Below, piece after piece: positions 10,289 through 20,675 of a DNA stretch of 64,000 nucleotides. Both the position numbers and the translations under genes were made by a program. Positions within the stretch are counted from its first letter, which is position 1. The number at the start of each line of letters is the position of its first letter. The notes under the pieces were generated by a model. It did not search any database. It was not told the origin of the DNA and saw only the letters and a program-made list of their open reading frames with translations. This DNA comes from an uncultured delta proteobacterium (GTDB taxonomy: Bacteria; Desulfobacterota; Binatia; Binatales; Binataceae), in contig CAVTEN010000020.1 of the NCBI GenBank assembly GCA_963733715.1, positions 215,979 through 279,978 on the forward strand. The letters run 5' to 3'.

Positions 10289-11629
10289 ATGGAAAAAGTT
10301 CACCTGCTCACGCTTGGATGCCCCAAGAATCTTGCCGACAGCGAGCTGATGCTCGGCGCGCTGACGAGCGCCGGCTTCGAGATCACGCTCGACCCCGAAG
10401 AGGCGCAAGTGCTGCTGGTGAATACGTGCGCGTTTATCGAGGCGGCGAAGAAGGAATCGATCGACGCGATCCTCGAAGCGGCCGAGGTCAAGAAGCGCGG
10501 CTTCGGCAAGCGGCTGGTAGTCGCGGGATGTTTGTCGCAGCGCTATGCGACCGAGCTGGCCGACACGATGCCCGAGGTCGACGTGTTCGTCGGCACTGGC
10601 AATTTTCTCGATCTGCCCGAGCTGCTGCGACGCACTGAAGCGCCTGAGTCGCGGCCGATTCCGTACGCCGGCGCGGCGCATCTGCTGCCGACCGCGGCAA
10701 TCCCGCGAATCAAGACTGGAGATTTCTTCACGTCTTACTTGAAGATTTCAGAAGGGTGCAATCACAAGTGCGCCTTCTGCATTATTCCGAAAATTCGTGG
10801 GCTGCATGAGAGTCGCCCGACCGCTGATCTCGTCGCCGAAGCGCGCAACCTCGTCGCCGGCGGCGTTCGCGAGATCAATTTGATCGCGCAGGACTTGACC
10901 GCCTACGGCCGCGACCTCGAGCAGCCGTCTTCGCTGGCGGCGTTGCTGCGAGACCTGTCGACCATCGACGATCTGCGCTGGATACGGCTGCTGTACTGCT
11001 ATCCGAATTTCGTGACCGCCGAGCTGCTCGACGCGATCGCGGAGCTGCCCAAGGTCGTTAAGTATATCGACATGCCGCTGCAGCATGCCGACGACGCGAT
11101 GCTGCGTGCGATGCGCCGCGAGCGCTCGGGTGCAGCTCTGGTCAAGCTGCTCGAGCGAGTGCGCGAGCGAATTCCCGGAGTCGTGCTGCGGACGTCGTTC
11201 ATCGTCGGCTTCCCGGGCGAGACCGATGCCGCTTTCGAGCGGCTGGCGGATTTTGTTCGCACTGAGCAGTTCGATCGCGTGGGAGTGTTCACCTACTCGC
11301 GCGAAGAGAATACTGCCGCATACGATATGCCGGGCCAGGTGCCCGAACGCGTCAAGCGCGCGCGGCGGGCAAGCCTGATGGCGACGCAGTCGGAAATTTC
11401 GCTCGCGAGGAATCGCGGGCTGGTCGGTCGCGAAGTCGAAGTGCTGGTCGAGGGCCCGATGCCCGGACGCTCGACGCGACTGCGCGGGCGAACCGCGGGC
11501 CAGGCGCCGGAAATCGACGGCTCGGTTTTTCTTGCCGGTGATGCGGAGGCAGGCGAGTTCGTCCGCGCACGAATCGACAAGGCGCTCAGCTATGATCTAC
11601 ATGCAACGGTCGCCGGCGCGGCCGCTTAA
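10289..11629 (+). CDS. rimO: Ribosomal protein S12 methylthiotransferase
   Basis: LGCPKNLADSE, VNTCAFI, radical-SAM CNHKCAFC, APEIDG TRAM domain. Confidence 0.96.
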   Translation: MEKVHLLTLGCPKNLADSELMLGALTSAGFEITLDPEEAQVLLVNTCAFIEAAKKESIDAILEAAEVKKRGFGKRLVVAGCLSQRYATELADTMPEVDVFVGTGNFLDLPELLRRTEAPESRPIPYAGAAHLLPTAAIPRIKTGDFFTSYLKISEGCNHKCAFCIIPKIRGLHESRPTADLVAEARNLVAGGVREINLIAQDLTAYGRDLEQPSSLAALLRDLSTIDDLRWIRLLYCYPNFVTAELLDAIAELPKVVKYIDMPLQHADDAMLRAMRRERSGAALVKLLERVRERIPGVVLRTSFIVGFPGETDAAFERLADFVRTEQFDRVGVFTYSREENTAAYDMPGQVPERVKRARRASLMATQSEISLARNRGLVGREVEVLVEGPMPGRSTRLRGRTAGQAPEIDGSVFLAGDAEAGEFVRARIDKALSYDLHATVAGAAA

Positions 11630-11650
11630 TATACTCGGAGTCGGAATCCA

Positions 11651-12106
11651 ATGACGAAGAAACCAGTAGCCGCGGACCGAGCGAAGTTCCTTGCCAAGAT
11701 GCGCGAACAACTGCTGGAGATGAAGGCAAAACTGCTCGCCGAGATCGATTCTGAATTGCGTGCCGAACGCGAAGGTAACAAGGACGAAGGGATGGACACC
11801 TACGACCTTGCCTCGGAAGAACGCGATCGCGAGATCAACTTCATTCTGTCCGACCGCGAACGCGTCAAGCTGAAGCAAATCGACGACGCGCTCGAGCGGA
11901 TGGATGAAGGCAGTTACGGTGTCTGCGAATCGTGCGGACTCGAGATCGCCGAAGAACGCCTCGAGGCGATGCCGTTTTCGCGCCTGTGCCGCGATTGTCA
12001 GCAGGACGAGGAGCGCGAAGCAAAATCGCAGCGGCGACCCGCCGACGACGAGCCCAACGCCTATCGCAAAGTAGGTTCGACCGACGCCGACGACGACAGC
12101 GCTTAG
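11651..12106 (+). CDS. dksA: DksA/TraR family C4 zinc-finger transcription factor
   Basis: Coiled coil with DTYDLASEE tip; YGVCESCG...RLEAMP...LCRDC. Confidence 0.85.
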   Translation: MTKKPVAADRAKFLAKMREQLLEMKAKLLAEIDSELRAEREGNKDEGMDTYDLASEERDREINFILSDRERVKLKQIDDALERMDEGSYGVCESCGLEIAEERLEAMPFSRLCRDCQQDEEREAKSQRRPADDEPNAYRKVGSTDADDDSA

Positions 12107-12238
12107 ATAATGCGAACGCGCATCGCCGGGCATTGTTTACCGCGCCGCTCAAAACAGTCATTCTGAACAGAACAACTTGCGTAACACCTGCACACCTCAA
12201 CCATCGTCAGGACTGCTACTGATTTCAGCAGCCAGTTA

Positions 12239-13168
12239 ATGAGAATATTTTCCGATATTGATAACGACGGATCAGCCGATCCAGCCGGCGTTCGCGATCG
12301 TATCCGCACCAACCTTTCCGGCGTCGGCGCCACGATTGCGCTGGCGAGTGCTCGCGGCGGAGTCGGCAAGAGCATGCTCGCGGTGAATATCGCTGCGGCG
12401 TCCGCGATGAAGGGCCGCAAGGTCGCGATCATCGATGCGGACCTGAATTCGCCCAGCATTGCCGCGATGCTCGGGATGAAACCGCAACGGCGCTACCCGA
12501 TGATCGAGGGAATCGAGCCAGTCGCAGGGCCGCATGGATTGCGCGTGGTTTCGAGCGATCAACTGTCCGGCGGTGAACCGCCGCCGATCAGCTTCGTGCA
12601 GGATCACGATCAGATCGACGGAAACGGTGTCGAGCCTGTCGCGCCCGCCTCGACGGGTCCTGCGGAGCTGAGTTATCGCGGCGCGCTGAGCCGAATGCTG
12701 GCGCAATCGCAGTTCGGCGCCGTGGATTTGTTGATAATCGATCTCGCCAGCGGCCTCGATCGCTTGCACGCGCTCGCTTCAGTGCTAGCGCTCGACGGCG
12801 TTCTCCTGCTCACTCATCCGTCGTCCCACGACGCGAGTGCGGCGCGCCATGCGATGAAAATCGGGAGCGCAATCGGCGCCCCTGTCGTCGGAATTGTCGA
12901 GAACATGGCCGGCTTCAACTGCGACGGATGCCGCGCGGTGCGGCCGCTGTGGCCCGAAGGCGATCTCAATGGAATCGCGCGAGAGGGCGCGGTTCCGATT
13001 CTCGGGCGGCTCGCCTTTGAACCGCGTCTCGCCGACAGCACCGATCGCGGCGTGCTGTTCGTTCGCGAATACGCGGCAACGCCGACCGGCAAAGTGCTCG
13101 CAGATATCGCTGGCCACATCGACCTGATCGTCGCCGCGCGCACTCGTGCGGTCGACACGCCGGCCTGA
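12239..13168 (+). CDS. Mrp/NBP35 (ApbC-like) P-loop ATPase, divergent
   Basis: ASARGGVGKS, IDADLNSPSI, GIVENMAGFNCDGC. Confidence 0.8.
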   Translation: MRIFSDIDNDGSADPAGVRDRIRTNLSGVGATIALASARGGVGKSMLAVNIAAASAMKGRKVAIIDADLNSPSIAAMLGMKPQRRYPMIEGIEPVAGPHGLRVVSSDQLSGGEPPPISFVQDHDQIDGNGVEPVAPASTGPAELSYRGALSRMLAQSQFGAVDLLIIDLASGLDRLHALASVLALDGVLLLTHPSSHDASAARHAMKIGSAIGAPVVGIVENMAGFNCDGCRAVRPLWPEGDLNGIAREGAVPILGRLAFEPRLADSTDRGVLFVREYAATPTGKVLADIAGHIDLIVAARTRAVDTPA

Positions 13169-13178
13169 CCTCAGCACC

Positions 13179-14972
13179 TCAATCAGAATCCGAATCCGCT
13201 TCGCTATCGTCGACAGTCGTCAGTACCGAGTCGGCGACGCGCGAGTATTCGAACATCCCGGCTCCGCGATGCGCGCCGATGTGGAAGCTTGCGAATCCGA
13301 GTGACGTGTAGATGCGCGATTGCTCGGGCCCCGGGCGCGACAGCGGGATGAAGCATTCGACGCTGCCTTCGAGTTCGCATGAAGACCCGTCGGCGCGCGT
13401 CAACGACGCGAGAATCCGATGCGGCGGCTCCTCGATCGAAGGTGTCTCGATCGTGAGATTGCGCAGTTCGCACGGCGACCATCCTCCGCCCTCGAGAATC
13501 CTGGCGCTCTGATTTGGCGGCGCATCTGCCGTCGCGACTGAGCGGGCTTCGAGCGCACGCGGCGCATCTTCGTCCTCGAAGCGTGCCCAGATCATCCGGC
13601 GCGTGGTGAATTTCTGAGGGCCCAATCCGGTGAATGACATTCCTGCGCGCGCAAATCCGTTAACTGTTCGCGATACGCCGTCGACGCGAACCCTTCCCGA
13701 AACGCGGCCGAAGGCGACGCTCGACGAGAGCGCATCGCCCGCAGCGCCTTGCGACAAAAGAATCCGGTCGAAGTCGAACTCACCACCTGCGCGATCGATT
13801 TCGAAACGCATCTCGACTTCCGTGTCGCCGTCGAGCCGGCCCGAAGCCAGCGCGCGCTCGATGCTCAAGTACGCGGTCGCGTCGGGCACGATCACGGCGG
13901 GTCCGCGAAACGCCAGCACGATCGATTCACCCTCGCGCCGCAGCGTGAGCGGGCCATGAGTGACGGCGCTCGCGGAACGCGTCGGACGCCCCTCGGCGGT
14001 GAACAATGCCGCGCGATGGCGATCGAACAGCATCATAATTCGCGCACCCATGCCCGCGCCGCCGACATCGAAGCTCGCCATCGCACCCAAGCGTGCCGCA
14101 GGATCGTAGAACTCGATCCCGACGCGCCCGGGTGCCGCGACCGTCGCGGCCGCGCCTATCTCCGGCTTGGTTACCGTCGGTCGTGGCGCGCGATTTATCG
14201 CTATCGGCGTTTGAGACACATGCGGAGTGCCGTTTCCTGAAAACACTTCGGCGACGGCGTCTTCGCATCGAGCGCGCAATTCACCGGGCATCCTCAGAGC
14301 GACCGACAGTTCGAGTTGGGCCGCATCGACGACACCGCTCATCGCGATTTCGGAAATCGAGCGCAGCGACGCGTTCGGACTCTGCCGATGCCGCGCGGTG
14401 AAAGCCTGCAGCAGGTTCTGCAAACCGCCACCCGGATAACGCATGCCGTAAGTCGGCTTGATTCCATGCCGACGCAAGCGCTTGGCGAGGCCGGCGAGTG
14501 GGCCATTGATAAATTCGTCACAAGCAGAGACGCAGGCGGAACCGGGCGGACGCAATTCGCCGCCTGAGGTTCGCAGGCCAAGTCCGAAGTCGAGACGCGG
14601 CTCGATGATGTTCCATCCGTGGATGAGCAGCACCGTGACGCGCCCGTGACGCGCGACGATCGCGGCGACGCGCTCCGCGATCAGTTCGAGCAGCCACGGC
14701 GCGCGCTCGATGATTTGCGAGAGTCGGTTGCAGTCGATCCGATTGCGATCCATCGCGACGTTGATCAGCGCCGACGCGCCCAGCCGCGCCGCTAGTCCGC
14801 GCGTGATCTCCGCGGTGTGAAGGTCGTTGACCTTGGGATTCAGCATCGAGCGCGTGCGCGGCTCGGCGCGTCCACCGTGGGGCGCAATCAGGAGCAGGGG
14901 AGAATCGGAATCTATAACCTCGAGCCACGACTCGGAGGCGACGGGCGCAGTATGAAGCCCGGACGCCGGCAT
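13179..14972 (-). CDS. Two-domain hypothetical protein (N-terminal PHGG hydrolase-like domain, C-terminal beta-rich domain)
   Basis: ATG at 14972 overlaps the upstream stop (ATGA coupling); LLLIAPHGG...VNDLHT...IDCNR...LLIHG motifs; C-terminal GAGMFEY. Confidence 0.7.
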   Translation of the reverse strand: MPASGLHTAPVASESWLEVIDSDSPLLLIAPHGGRAEPRTRSMLNPKVNDLHTAEITRGLAARLGASALINVAMDRNRIDCNRLSQIIERAPWLLELIAERVAAIVARHGRVTVLLIHGWNIIEPRLDFGLGLRTSGGELRPPGSACVSACDEFINGPLAGLAKRLRRHGIKPTYGMRYPGGGLQNLLQAFTARHRQSPNASLRSISEIAMSGVVDAAQLELSVALRMPGELRARCEDAVAEVFSGNGTPHVSQTPIAINRAPRPTVTKPEIGAAATVAAPGRVGIEFYDPAARLGAMASFDVGGAGMGARIMMLFDRHRAALFTAEGRPTRSASAVTHGPLTLRREGESIVLAFRGPAVIVPDATAYLSIERALASGRLDGDTEVEMRFEIDRAGGEFDFDRILLSQGAAGDALSSSVAFGRVSGRVRVDGVSRTVNGFARAGMSFTGLGPQKFTTRRMIWARFEDEDAPRALEARSVATADAPPNQSARILEGGGWSPCELRNLTIETPSIEEPPHRILASLTRADGSSCELEGSVECFIPLSRPGPEQSRIYTSLGFASFHIGAHRGAGMFEYSRVADSVLTTVDDSEADSDSD

Positions 14973-15739
14973 CAGGTCGACGCCGCTCGATTGGACTGGA
15001 GCACAAATCGTGCGTGAAGAATGAACGAAGCGATGAAGTAGTAGGCGATGTAACTCAGGCCGGCCCACAACATAATCGGATTCACAGTCGGCAGCATCAA
15101 CAGCGATGCCACCGTCAAAAATCCCCAGATGATTCCAAGCGTGAGCGTGATCGGCCGCAGCGGCACCGTTCTATTTGGATAAATGTACTTCAGCGGCATG
15201 AACACCATCACGGCGAGGATCAGAAGCAACGCGACGTTGAAGACGGTGCCGCTGCCGAGACAGTAAAGATAAAACGCGACGAGGTTCCAATAGTTCGGGA
15301 AGCCGAGGAAGTAGTGGTCGGGCGTTTTGGCTTCGGTGTGGCAGAATCCGTAGACGCTCGCGAGCATCACGAAACACGCCAGCGCCAGGCCCCATCGCGA
15401 GTCCGGAATGATCCCCGCTTCGAGCATCAGGAAAACCGGCGCCACGGTGTACGTAAGATAATCGACGATGTTATCGAGCAGCGCGCCGTCGAAGGTCGGT
15501 ACGCGAATCTTGACCATCAGCCATCGCGCGAGCGGACCGTCGCTGCAATCGATGATCGTCGCCGCGCCCATCGCGAGGAACGATGCGCGGAAATCGCCGC
15601 GCGAGGCAAAGAATATCGCGAGCAGGCCGAGCGCCGCACCGAGAGCGGTATATAGATGTACGCCCCACGCGCAGGCCGTGAGAAATTTCTGCGTCGGGGA
15701 TACCCGCGGCAGACTTCCGGCTGCGCCTGACGTGTTCAA
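14972..15739 (-). CDS. CDP-alcohol phosphatidyltransferase, phosphatidylcholine-synthase-like
   Basis: DCSDGPLAR...FDGALLDNIVDY CDP-alcohol motif; AWGVHLYTALG, YFLGFPNYWN and KYIYP resemble Pcs-family segments. Confidence 0.8.
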   Translation of the reverse strand: MNTSGAAGSLPRVSPTQKFLTACAWGVHLYTALGAALGLLAIFFASRGDFRASFLAMGAATIIDCSDGPLARWLMVKIRVPTFDGALLDNIVDYLTYTVAPVFLMLEAGIIPDSRWGLALACFVMLASVYGFCHTEAKTPDHYFLGFPNYWNLVAFYLYCLGSGTVFNVALLLILAVMVFMPLKYIYPNRTVPLRPITLTLGIIWGFLTVASLLMLPTVNPIMLWAGLSYIAYYFIASFILHARFVLQSNRAAST

Positions 15740-15740
15740 G

Positions 15741-16277
15741 TCATTTGTCCGGCTTGTAGTCGCGCGGCCCGAAGTATTCTTCGAGCACCGTCATGAACGG
15801 TCCGCATGCGCGATTTCTTTTCACGAGCACCATCGCCTCTTCGAGAGACATTTGCCGATAAGCACGCAGAAACGCAATCGCCAGCGTGGGTGCGCGATTC
15901 ATCCCGGCGTTGCAATGCAGGTAGACGCGCGAACCCGGCGCGACCAGATCGCGAAGGTCGTGCAGCGCAGCCTCGAGCCGCTCGGCCATCGCGTCCGCGC
16001 TGCCGTCCTGAATGGGAGTCCGCACGTAATCGATCCCTTGCAAAGTGTACTCCGCGCTCAGGCCGCGCGCGTCCAGCCCGTTCATGCGCAGGTCGTCGTC
16101 GTCCTGCAAATTGTGGACGGCAGTAATCCCGTAGGTGTCCTTGAGCCAGGCGATATCAGTCTGACCCGGATATTCGCCGACCAACAACTCGTCCGAGATT
16201 ACGCTGACCGACGGCCGCCGTCCGTTGCGAGTCGGGCGCGGGGTCTCGTCGGAGCGTTTGCTGAACCAATCAACCAT
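15741..16277 (-). CDS. Dual-specificity (CX5R) phosphatase
   Basis: VYLHCNAGMNRA P-loop; PIQD acid loop. Confidence 0.9.
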   Translation of the reverse strand: MVDWFSKRSDETPRPTRNGRRPSVSVISDELLVGEYPGQTDIAWLKDTYGITAVHNLQDDDDLRMNGLDARGLSAEYTLQGIDYVRTPIQDGSADAMAERLEAALHDLRDLVAPGSRVYLHCNAGMNRAPTLAIAFLRAYRQMSLEEAMVLVKRNRACGPFMTVLEEYFGPRDYKPDK

Positions 16278-16316
16278 GATTCAAATGTAACCATCCGGGC
16301 GGTAAGTATTCCAGCA

Positions 16317-19300
16317 TCACGCTTTGGCGTGGCCTCGAGGAAGTTCGGCCGAACGATCGATTTTGGCGTGCGCTCGCTTGGCCGGCTTGGCGCCATTCGC
16401 CGTCGCAGTGTCCGTCTCGATGGCTGGCGTCAATTTTGAACGCGAACCGGAAAGCGCAACGACTGAGGTGCGCATCAGGTCCGCGATTTTGCGATAAGCG
16501 CCGGCGCCTTCCGAACTTTCCGCAACTTCGCGAAGCTCGGAGGCAGTGATCGCGCGACCGATGCGTACTTCCACCGGATAGCGCCGCGGGACGAGACTGC
16601 CCTTGCCCATCACGTCGTGAGTGCCGCGAATCAGCACCGGCAGCACGTCGCATCGACTGCGCAGCGCGAGGAATCCCGCGCCACTCTTGAACTCGTGAAT
16701 CTCGCCGTCTGCCGATCGAGTGCCCTCGGGGAACATCAGGACGCTGCGACCCTGCGCAATCTCGGCGAGCGCGTCTTCCAGCGACTCGAGTTGCGCGCGT
16801 TCGCGATCGAACGGCATCAGCGACGTGAAGTTCGACGCGAGAAAACGCCTCGCCGGCGTGTTGAAGAAATAATCCTTGGCGGCGAGCACGCGGATGTCGT
16901 CGCCAATCGCGCCAAGCGCATAACCAACGAGGCTGAAGTCGAGATGACTCGAATGATTCGCGACCACGATGAAGTTGCGATTGGCCGGGATGTTGCCGCG
17001 CCCGAGGATTTTCGGCTTCAGCCATCCGTCGAACATCGCACGCTCGGCTCCGCGCACCGCAAAGCGGCCGAGCCATTTGAGCGGCGAGGGCAGATGCACA
17101 GTGTACGGTTCGGCGAACTTTGCGTACGACGGCATCCGAGGACGTCCGTTACCGCCCGGCTGGGTCGCGAGGAGTTGCAGGTCCGCGACGGTGCGCAGGT
17201 CGCCAATTTCCTCGGGCGCGATATCGCGGCTCGCGCGCTCGCCGATCAGTTCGCCAATTTCGGCAAGTGCGAGCGAGTCGAGGCCCAGGTCCTCGATGAG
17301 CCGCGTCGCCGGCGTGATGTTGATCGGCTCGGTGGTGACCGACGCGAGCGCTTCGGCGAGCCACGTCTCGACCTCAGAGTTGGTGCTATCGGCGTCCGGC
17401 TCGCGCGCACGAGTGTCGAGCATTCGTCGCAGCGTCGCGGCGACGTCGGCGCGTTTGATCTTGCGGGTGCGCGTGCGCGGCAGCTCGGCGTCGGTGAAGC
17501 GGAGGATCCTGATTCGTTTGTGCGCGCTGAGCTCGAGCGCGACTTTGTCGAAGTCGCTGCGCAGTCGGTCTTCCACCGCGCGTCTGCTCTCGCCGCGCGA
17601 ATAGGCGGGTACGATCAGCGCCGCGACCTGCTCGCCCTGGCCGACCTTCAAGCCGACGACAGCCATCTCTTTCACGTATTCCGAACGGCCGTAAATTTCC
17701 TCGAGCTCCTCGATGTAGATATTGTTGCCGCCGGAATCGACGATAACTTCCTTGGCGCGGCCGACGACGTACAAACGCCCGTCGTCATCGAAGCGTCCGA
17801 GGTCTCCGGTGTGAAGCCATCCGTCGCGCAGAACTTCGGCGGTCGCGGCCTCATTGCGATAGTAACCGGCCATCACGTTCGGCCCGTGCGCGACTATCTC
17901 GCCGATCGATCCCGTCGCAGGCATCAGCTTGATCTCGACGCCATTCAGCGGCCGTCCCACCGCGCCGACTTGCAGCGGTTCGTCGGGCCGCGCGACCGCC
18001 AGAACCGGCGCACCTTCGGTCAGACCGTAGCCTTCGAGCAGCGGAATTCCGATGTCCTTGAAAAACTCCGCGACGCGATGGGGCAGGGCGGATCCGCCGC
18101 TGACCGCGAGCCTCAGCCGTCCGCCCAGCGCGGAATGAACTTGCCGGAAAACTATAGAGCCGAAGTTGAGGCCCGAGTTCGCGTCGAGCCGGCGATTCAG
18201 ATCGCGCAGGTTGTCGAAGGCGGCGTGAAAAAAAGGACCGCGTCCTTCGACTTCGTCGACGATCCGCCGATGCACCGCCTCCCACACCGCTGGCACTCCT
18301 ATCAGCGCCGTAGGACGGACGTCGGCGAGCGTGCGCGACAGCGTCTTCGCATCGACCTCGAGCGGATAGACGATCGTCGCGCCGCTGGCAAGAGGCAGCA
18401 GCATCCCGCAGGTGAACTCGAACGCGTGATGCAGCGGCAAAAGCGAGAGTACGACATCGTCGGCGCCCAGCACGAAGACACGTGAGAGCATCGCGATTTC
18501 GGCGGCGAAGTTGGCATGCGACAGCATCACGCCCTTGGGCGCGCCGGTGCTGCCCGATGTGAACAGAATCGACGCGAGCGCTTTTCGCTCGGGCGGCGCA
18601 GGCGGAGTCTTCGCGTCGCCACGCATAATGAACGGGCGCGCGAGCTCGCCGAGATCGATCTCGATCAGTTTCGGATGTGCATCCTTGAGGGTAGAGCCGA
18701 GGCGCTTGTGGACCGCGCTCGAACGCAGCGCAGCCGCGGGCTCGGCGATTTTGCAAATCGGCGCGAGCTCTTCGGCGGAAATCAACTGGTCGAGCGGCAC
18801 GGCAATCGCGCCAGCACACAGAATCGCGAAATAACCGAGCACCCAATCCGGCGAGTTCTCGCCGATCAGAAGGACTCGATCGCCCGGCTTGATTCCGCGC
18901 GTCGCCAGCAGCAGCGCCGCGCGATGCGCCTTGTCACGCAGCTCGCGATAGGTAGTCTGCGTCTGCTCGCCTGACGGCCGCCGCGCAATCATCGCGACCC
19001 GCGAACCGTAGCGCTCGGCGGCGCGATCGAGCATGTCGACGAGGCTCCGATGACGCGGCAGCGACTTGGTTCTTCCGCGCGTGTGGAGATCGAGCTGTGG
19101 AAAAATATGACGGCGCAATCCCGGCAGATGAACGTTGATCCAGTAGTCGTGCCAATCGATCAGATCGGGACGAAACGGATGACGCTCCGCGTCGGCGGGT
19201 TTGAGCGTCGAATAAAGCGCGCGAGTATTGGCGGCGTGAAAAGTGTAAATGAGTTTCTGGATATAGGGACGATAGACCTCGACCAGTTCGCGCGCGAGGT

Positions 19301-20675
19301 CGGTGTTCTCCTTGAACTTGTCGATTCCCGCCGCGATCTTTTTCGCGCGCTGATTTTCCTCGCCAACCACGCTGCGCGCGAACGCCGCCGCTTGCTTGAG
19401 AACTTGCGGAACCGTGTTGCTGGCGAGGTCGTAAGTATTCTGCGACACGACGACGGCTTCCAGATGCGGCCCGAGCCAGCGCATCGTGCCGCCGTCCTTG
19501 CGATGCTCGCGGCGATTGCTGAGCGCGGTCAGCTCGACCAGCCGGCGCATCGGGAGCGGATTCCGATCCGAAGTGCAGAGCTGGTAGATGGGCTTGTGCT
19601 TGCGCGATAGCAGCGCGCCGAGGATCGGAATCATCGCGTGCGCGGCGAGATCGACCGGGATCACGTCGAGCACCAGCTCCGCCTTGGCCGGATAAAATCG
19701 GTAGCCGCGACCCGCGAGATAAGTCAGCGGCGCGCTGGTGTTGACGCCCTGGTTCCATCCGGGAAACGGATCGCGCAGCGCGCTTTCTATCACCGCCGGA
19801 CGCACCACCGTGACGTCGAGCGTCGCGCGATTCGCGAGCACCAACTGTTCGCCAAGACTCTTGGTGTAGCTGTACGTGTTGGGCCATCCCCAACTCTGCG
19901 CGCGCTTGCGACCGACGTCCTTCAGCCGCTCCTCGACCCACTGCTTGCGCCGATGCTCGACTGCAGACTCGCGTGGATTGCCGTCATCGTCTTCGTCGCC
20001 GCGAAACTCCGCGTGACGCATTTGATCGCGCGACTCGGCCTGCACCCGTTCGACCGCCGCAAGTGCATCGCGAATTTCGCGATCGAGCCGAAACGACTTG
20101 CGCGAATTGGGGCACCAGTTCTCCGGGATATCGTCTTCATAGCGATGCCCGTCGGCGATTCCCGCGACGTAGCAGGTCGACACATGCATCATCGCGGCGC
20201 CGACTTTGCCGCAAAACTCGATCACGTTGGCGACGCCGGTCGTATTTACTTCAATCGCCTTTTCGAGCGACGCCTCGAAATTCACCAGCCCCGCACTGTG
20301 CACGACCGCGTCCAGGCTGCCCGGCTTGAAAGGCTTCGCTTCTTCGGCGAGCAGACCTTGGTTGGTGATGTCGCCGGGCACGACGACGATCTTCTCTTCG
20401 ATGTAGCGATCGAACTTGTCGCCGAGATGTTCTCGCAGCGGCGCAAACACCGGCGAGTCGAGAATCTCGCGGCGAAAGCGGCCGACACTGCTGCGCCGGT
20501 CGCCACGAATCAAAAGGTAGACGCGCTCGATCTCAGGATGCCATCGCAGCAGGATCGCGAGGAACACCTTGCCGAGAAATCCGGTCGAGCCCGTCAGCAG
20601 TATGCGACGGCCCTTGAGCACTTGCTCGAGCGCCGGCATCGCCGCTCCGTTGCGTTTGCCGTTACTACTCGACAT
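16317..20675 (-). CDS. Multidomain fatty acyl-CoA reductase / acyl-CoA synthetase / carrier protein / acyltransferase (ElbD-like ether-lipid enzyme)
   Basis: LTGSTGFLGK and YSYTK (FAR); FTSGSTGAPKG, GYGLTE, TGDLG (adenylation); LGLDSL (phosphopantetheine site); NHSSHLD and FPEGTRS (PlsC-type acyltransferase). Same domain order as Myxococcus ElbD. Confidence 0.9.
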   Translation of the reverse strand: MSSSNGKRNGAAMPALEQVLKGRRILLTGSTGFLGKVFLAILLRWHPEIERVYLLIRGDRRSSVGRFRREILDSPVFAPLREHLGDKFDRYIEEKIVVVPGDITNQGLLAEEAKPFKPGSLDAVVHSAGLVNFEASLEKAIEVNTTGVANVIEFCGKVGAAMMHVSTCYVAGIADGHRYEDDIPENWCPNSRKSFRLDREIRDALAAVERVQAESRDQMRHAEFRGDEDDDGNPRESAVEHRRKQWVEERLKDVGRKRAQSWGWPNTYSYTKSLGEQLVLANRATLDVTVVRPAVIESALRDPFPGWNQGVNTSAPLTYLAGRGYRFYPAKAELVLDVIPVDLAAHAMIPILGALLSRKHKPIYQLCTSDRNPLPMRRLVELTALSNRREHRKDGGTMRWLGPHLEAVVVSQNTYDLASNTVPQVLKQAAAFARSVVGEENQRAKKIAAGIDKFKENTDLARELVEVYRPYIQKLIYTFHAANTRALYSTLKPADAERHPFRPDLIDWHDYWINVHLPGLRRHIFPQLDLHTRGRTKSLPRHRSLVDMLDRAAERYGSRVAMIARRPSGEQTQTTYRELRDKAHRAALLLATRGIKPGDRVLLIGENSPDWVLGYFAILCAGAIAVPLDQLISAEELAPICKIAEPAAALRSSAVHKRLGSTLKDAHPKLIEIDLGELARPFIMRGDAKTPPAPPERKALASILFTSGSTGAPKGVMLSHANFAAEIAMLSRVFVLGADDVVLSLLPLHHAFEFTCGMLLPLASGATIVYPLEVDAKTLSRTLADVRPTALIGVPAVWEAVHRRIVDEVEGRGPFFHAAFDNLRDLNRRLDANSGLNFGSIVFRQVHSALGGRLRLAVSGGSALPHRVAEFFKDIGIPLLEGYGLTEGAPVLAVARPDEPLQVGAVGRPLNGVEIKLMPATGSIGEIVAHGPNVMAGYYRNEAATAEVLRDGWLHTGDLGRFDDDGRLYVVGRAKEVIVDSGGNNIYIEELEEIYGRSEYVKEMAVVGLKVGQGEQVAALIVPAYSRGESRRAVEDRLRSDFDKVALELSAHKRIRILRFTDAELPRTRTRKIKRADVAATLRRMLDTRAREPDADSTNSEVETWLAEALASVTTEPINITPATRLIEDLGLDSLALAEIGELIGERASRDIAPEEIGDLRTVADLQLLATQPGGNGRPRMPSYAKFAEPYTVHLPSPLKWLGRFAVRGAERAMFDGWLKPKILGRGNIPANRNFIVVANHSSHLDFSLVGYALGAIGDDIRVLAAKDYFFNTPARRFLASNFTSLMPFDRERAQLESLEDALAEIAQGRSVLMFPEGTRSADGEIHEFKSGAGFLALRSRCDVLPVLIRGTHDVMGKGSLVPRRYPVEVRIGRAITASELREVAESSEGAGAYRKIADLMRTSVVALSGSRSKLTPAIETDTATANGAKPAKRAHAKIDRSAELPRGHAKA

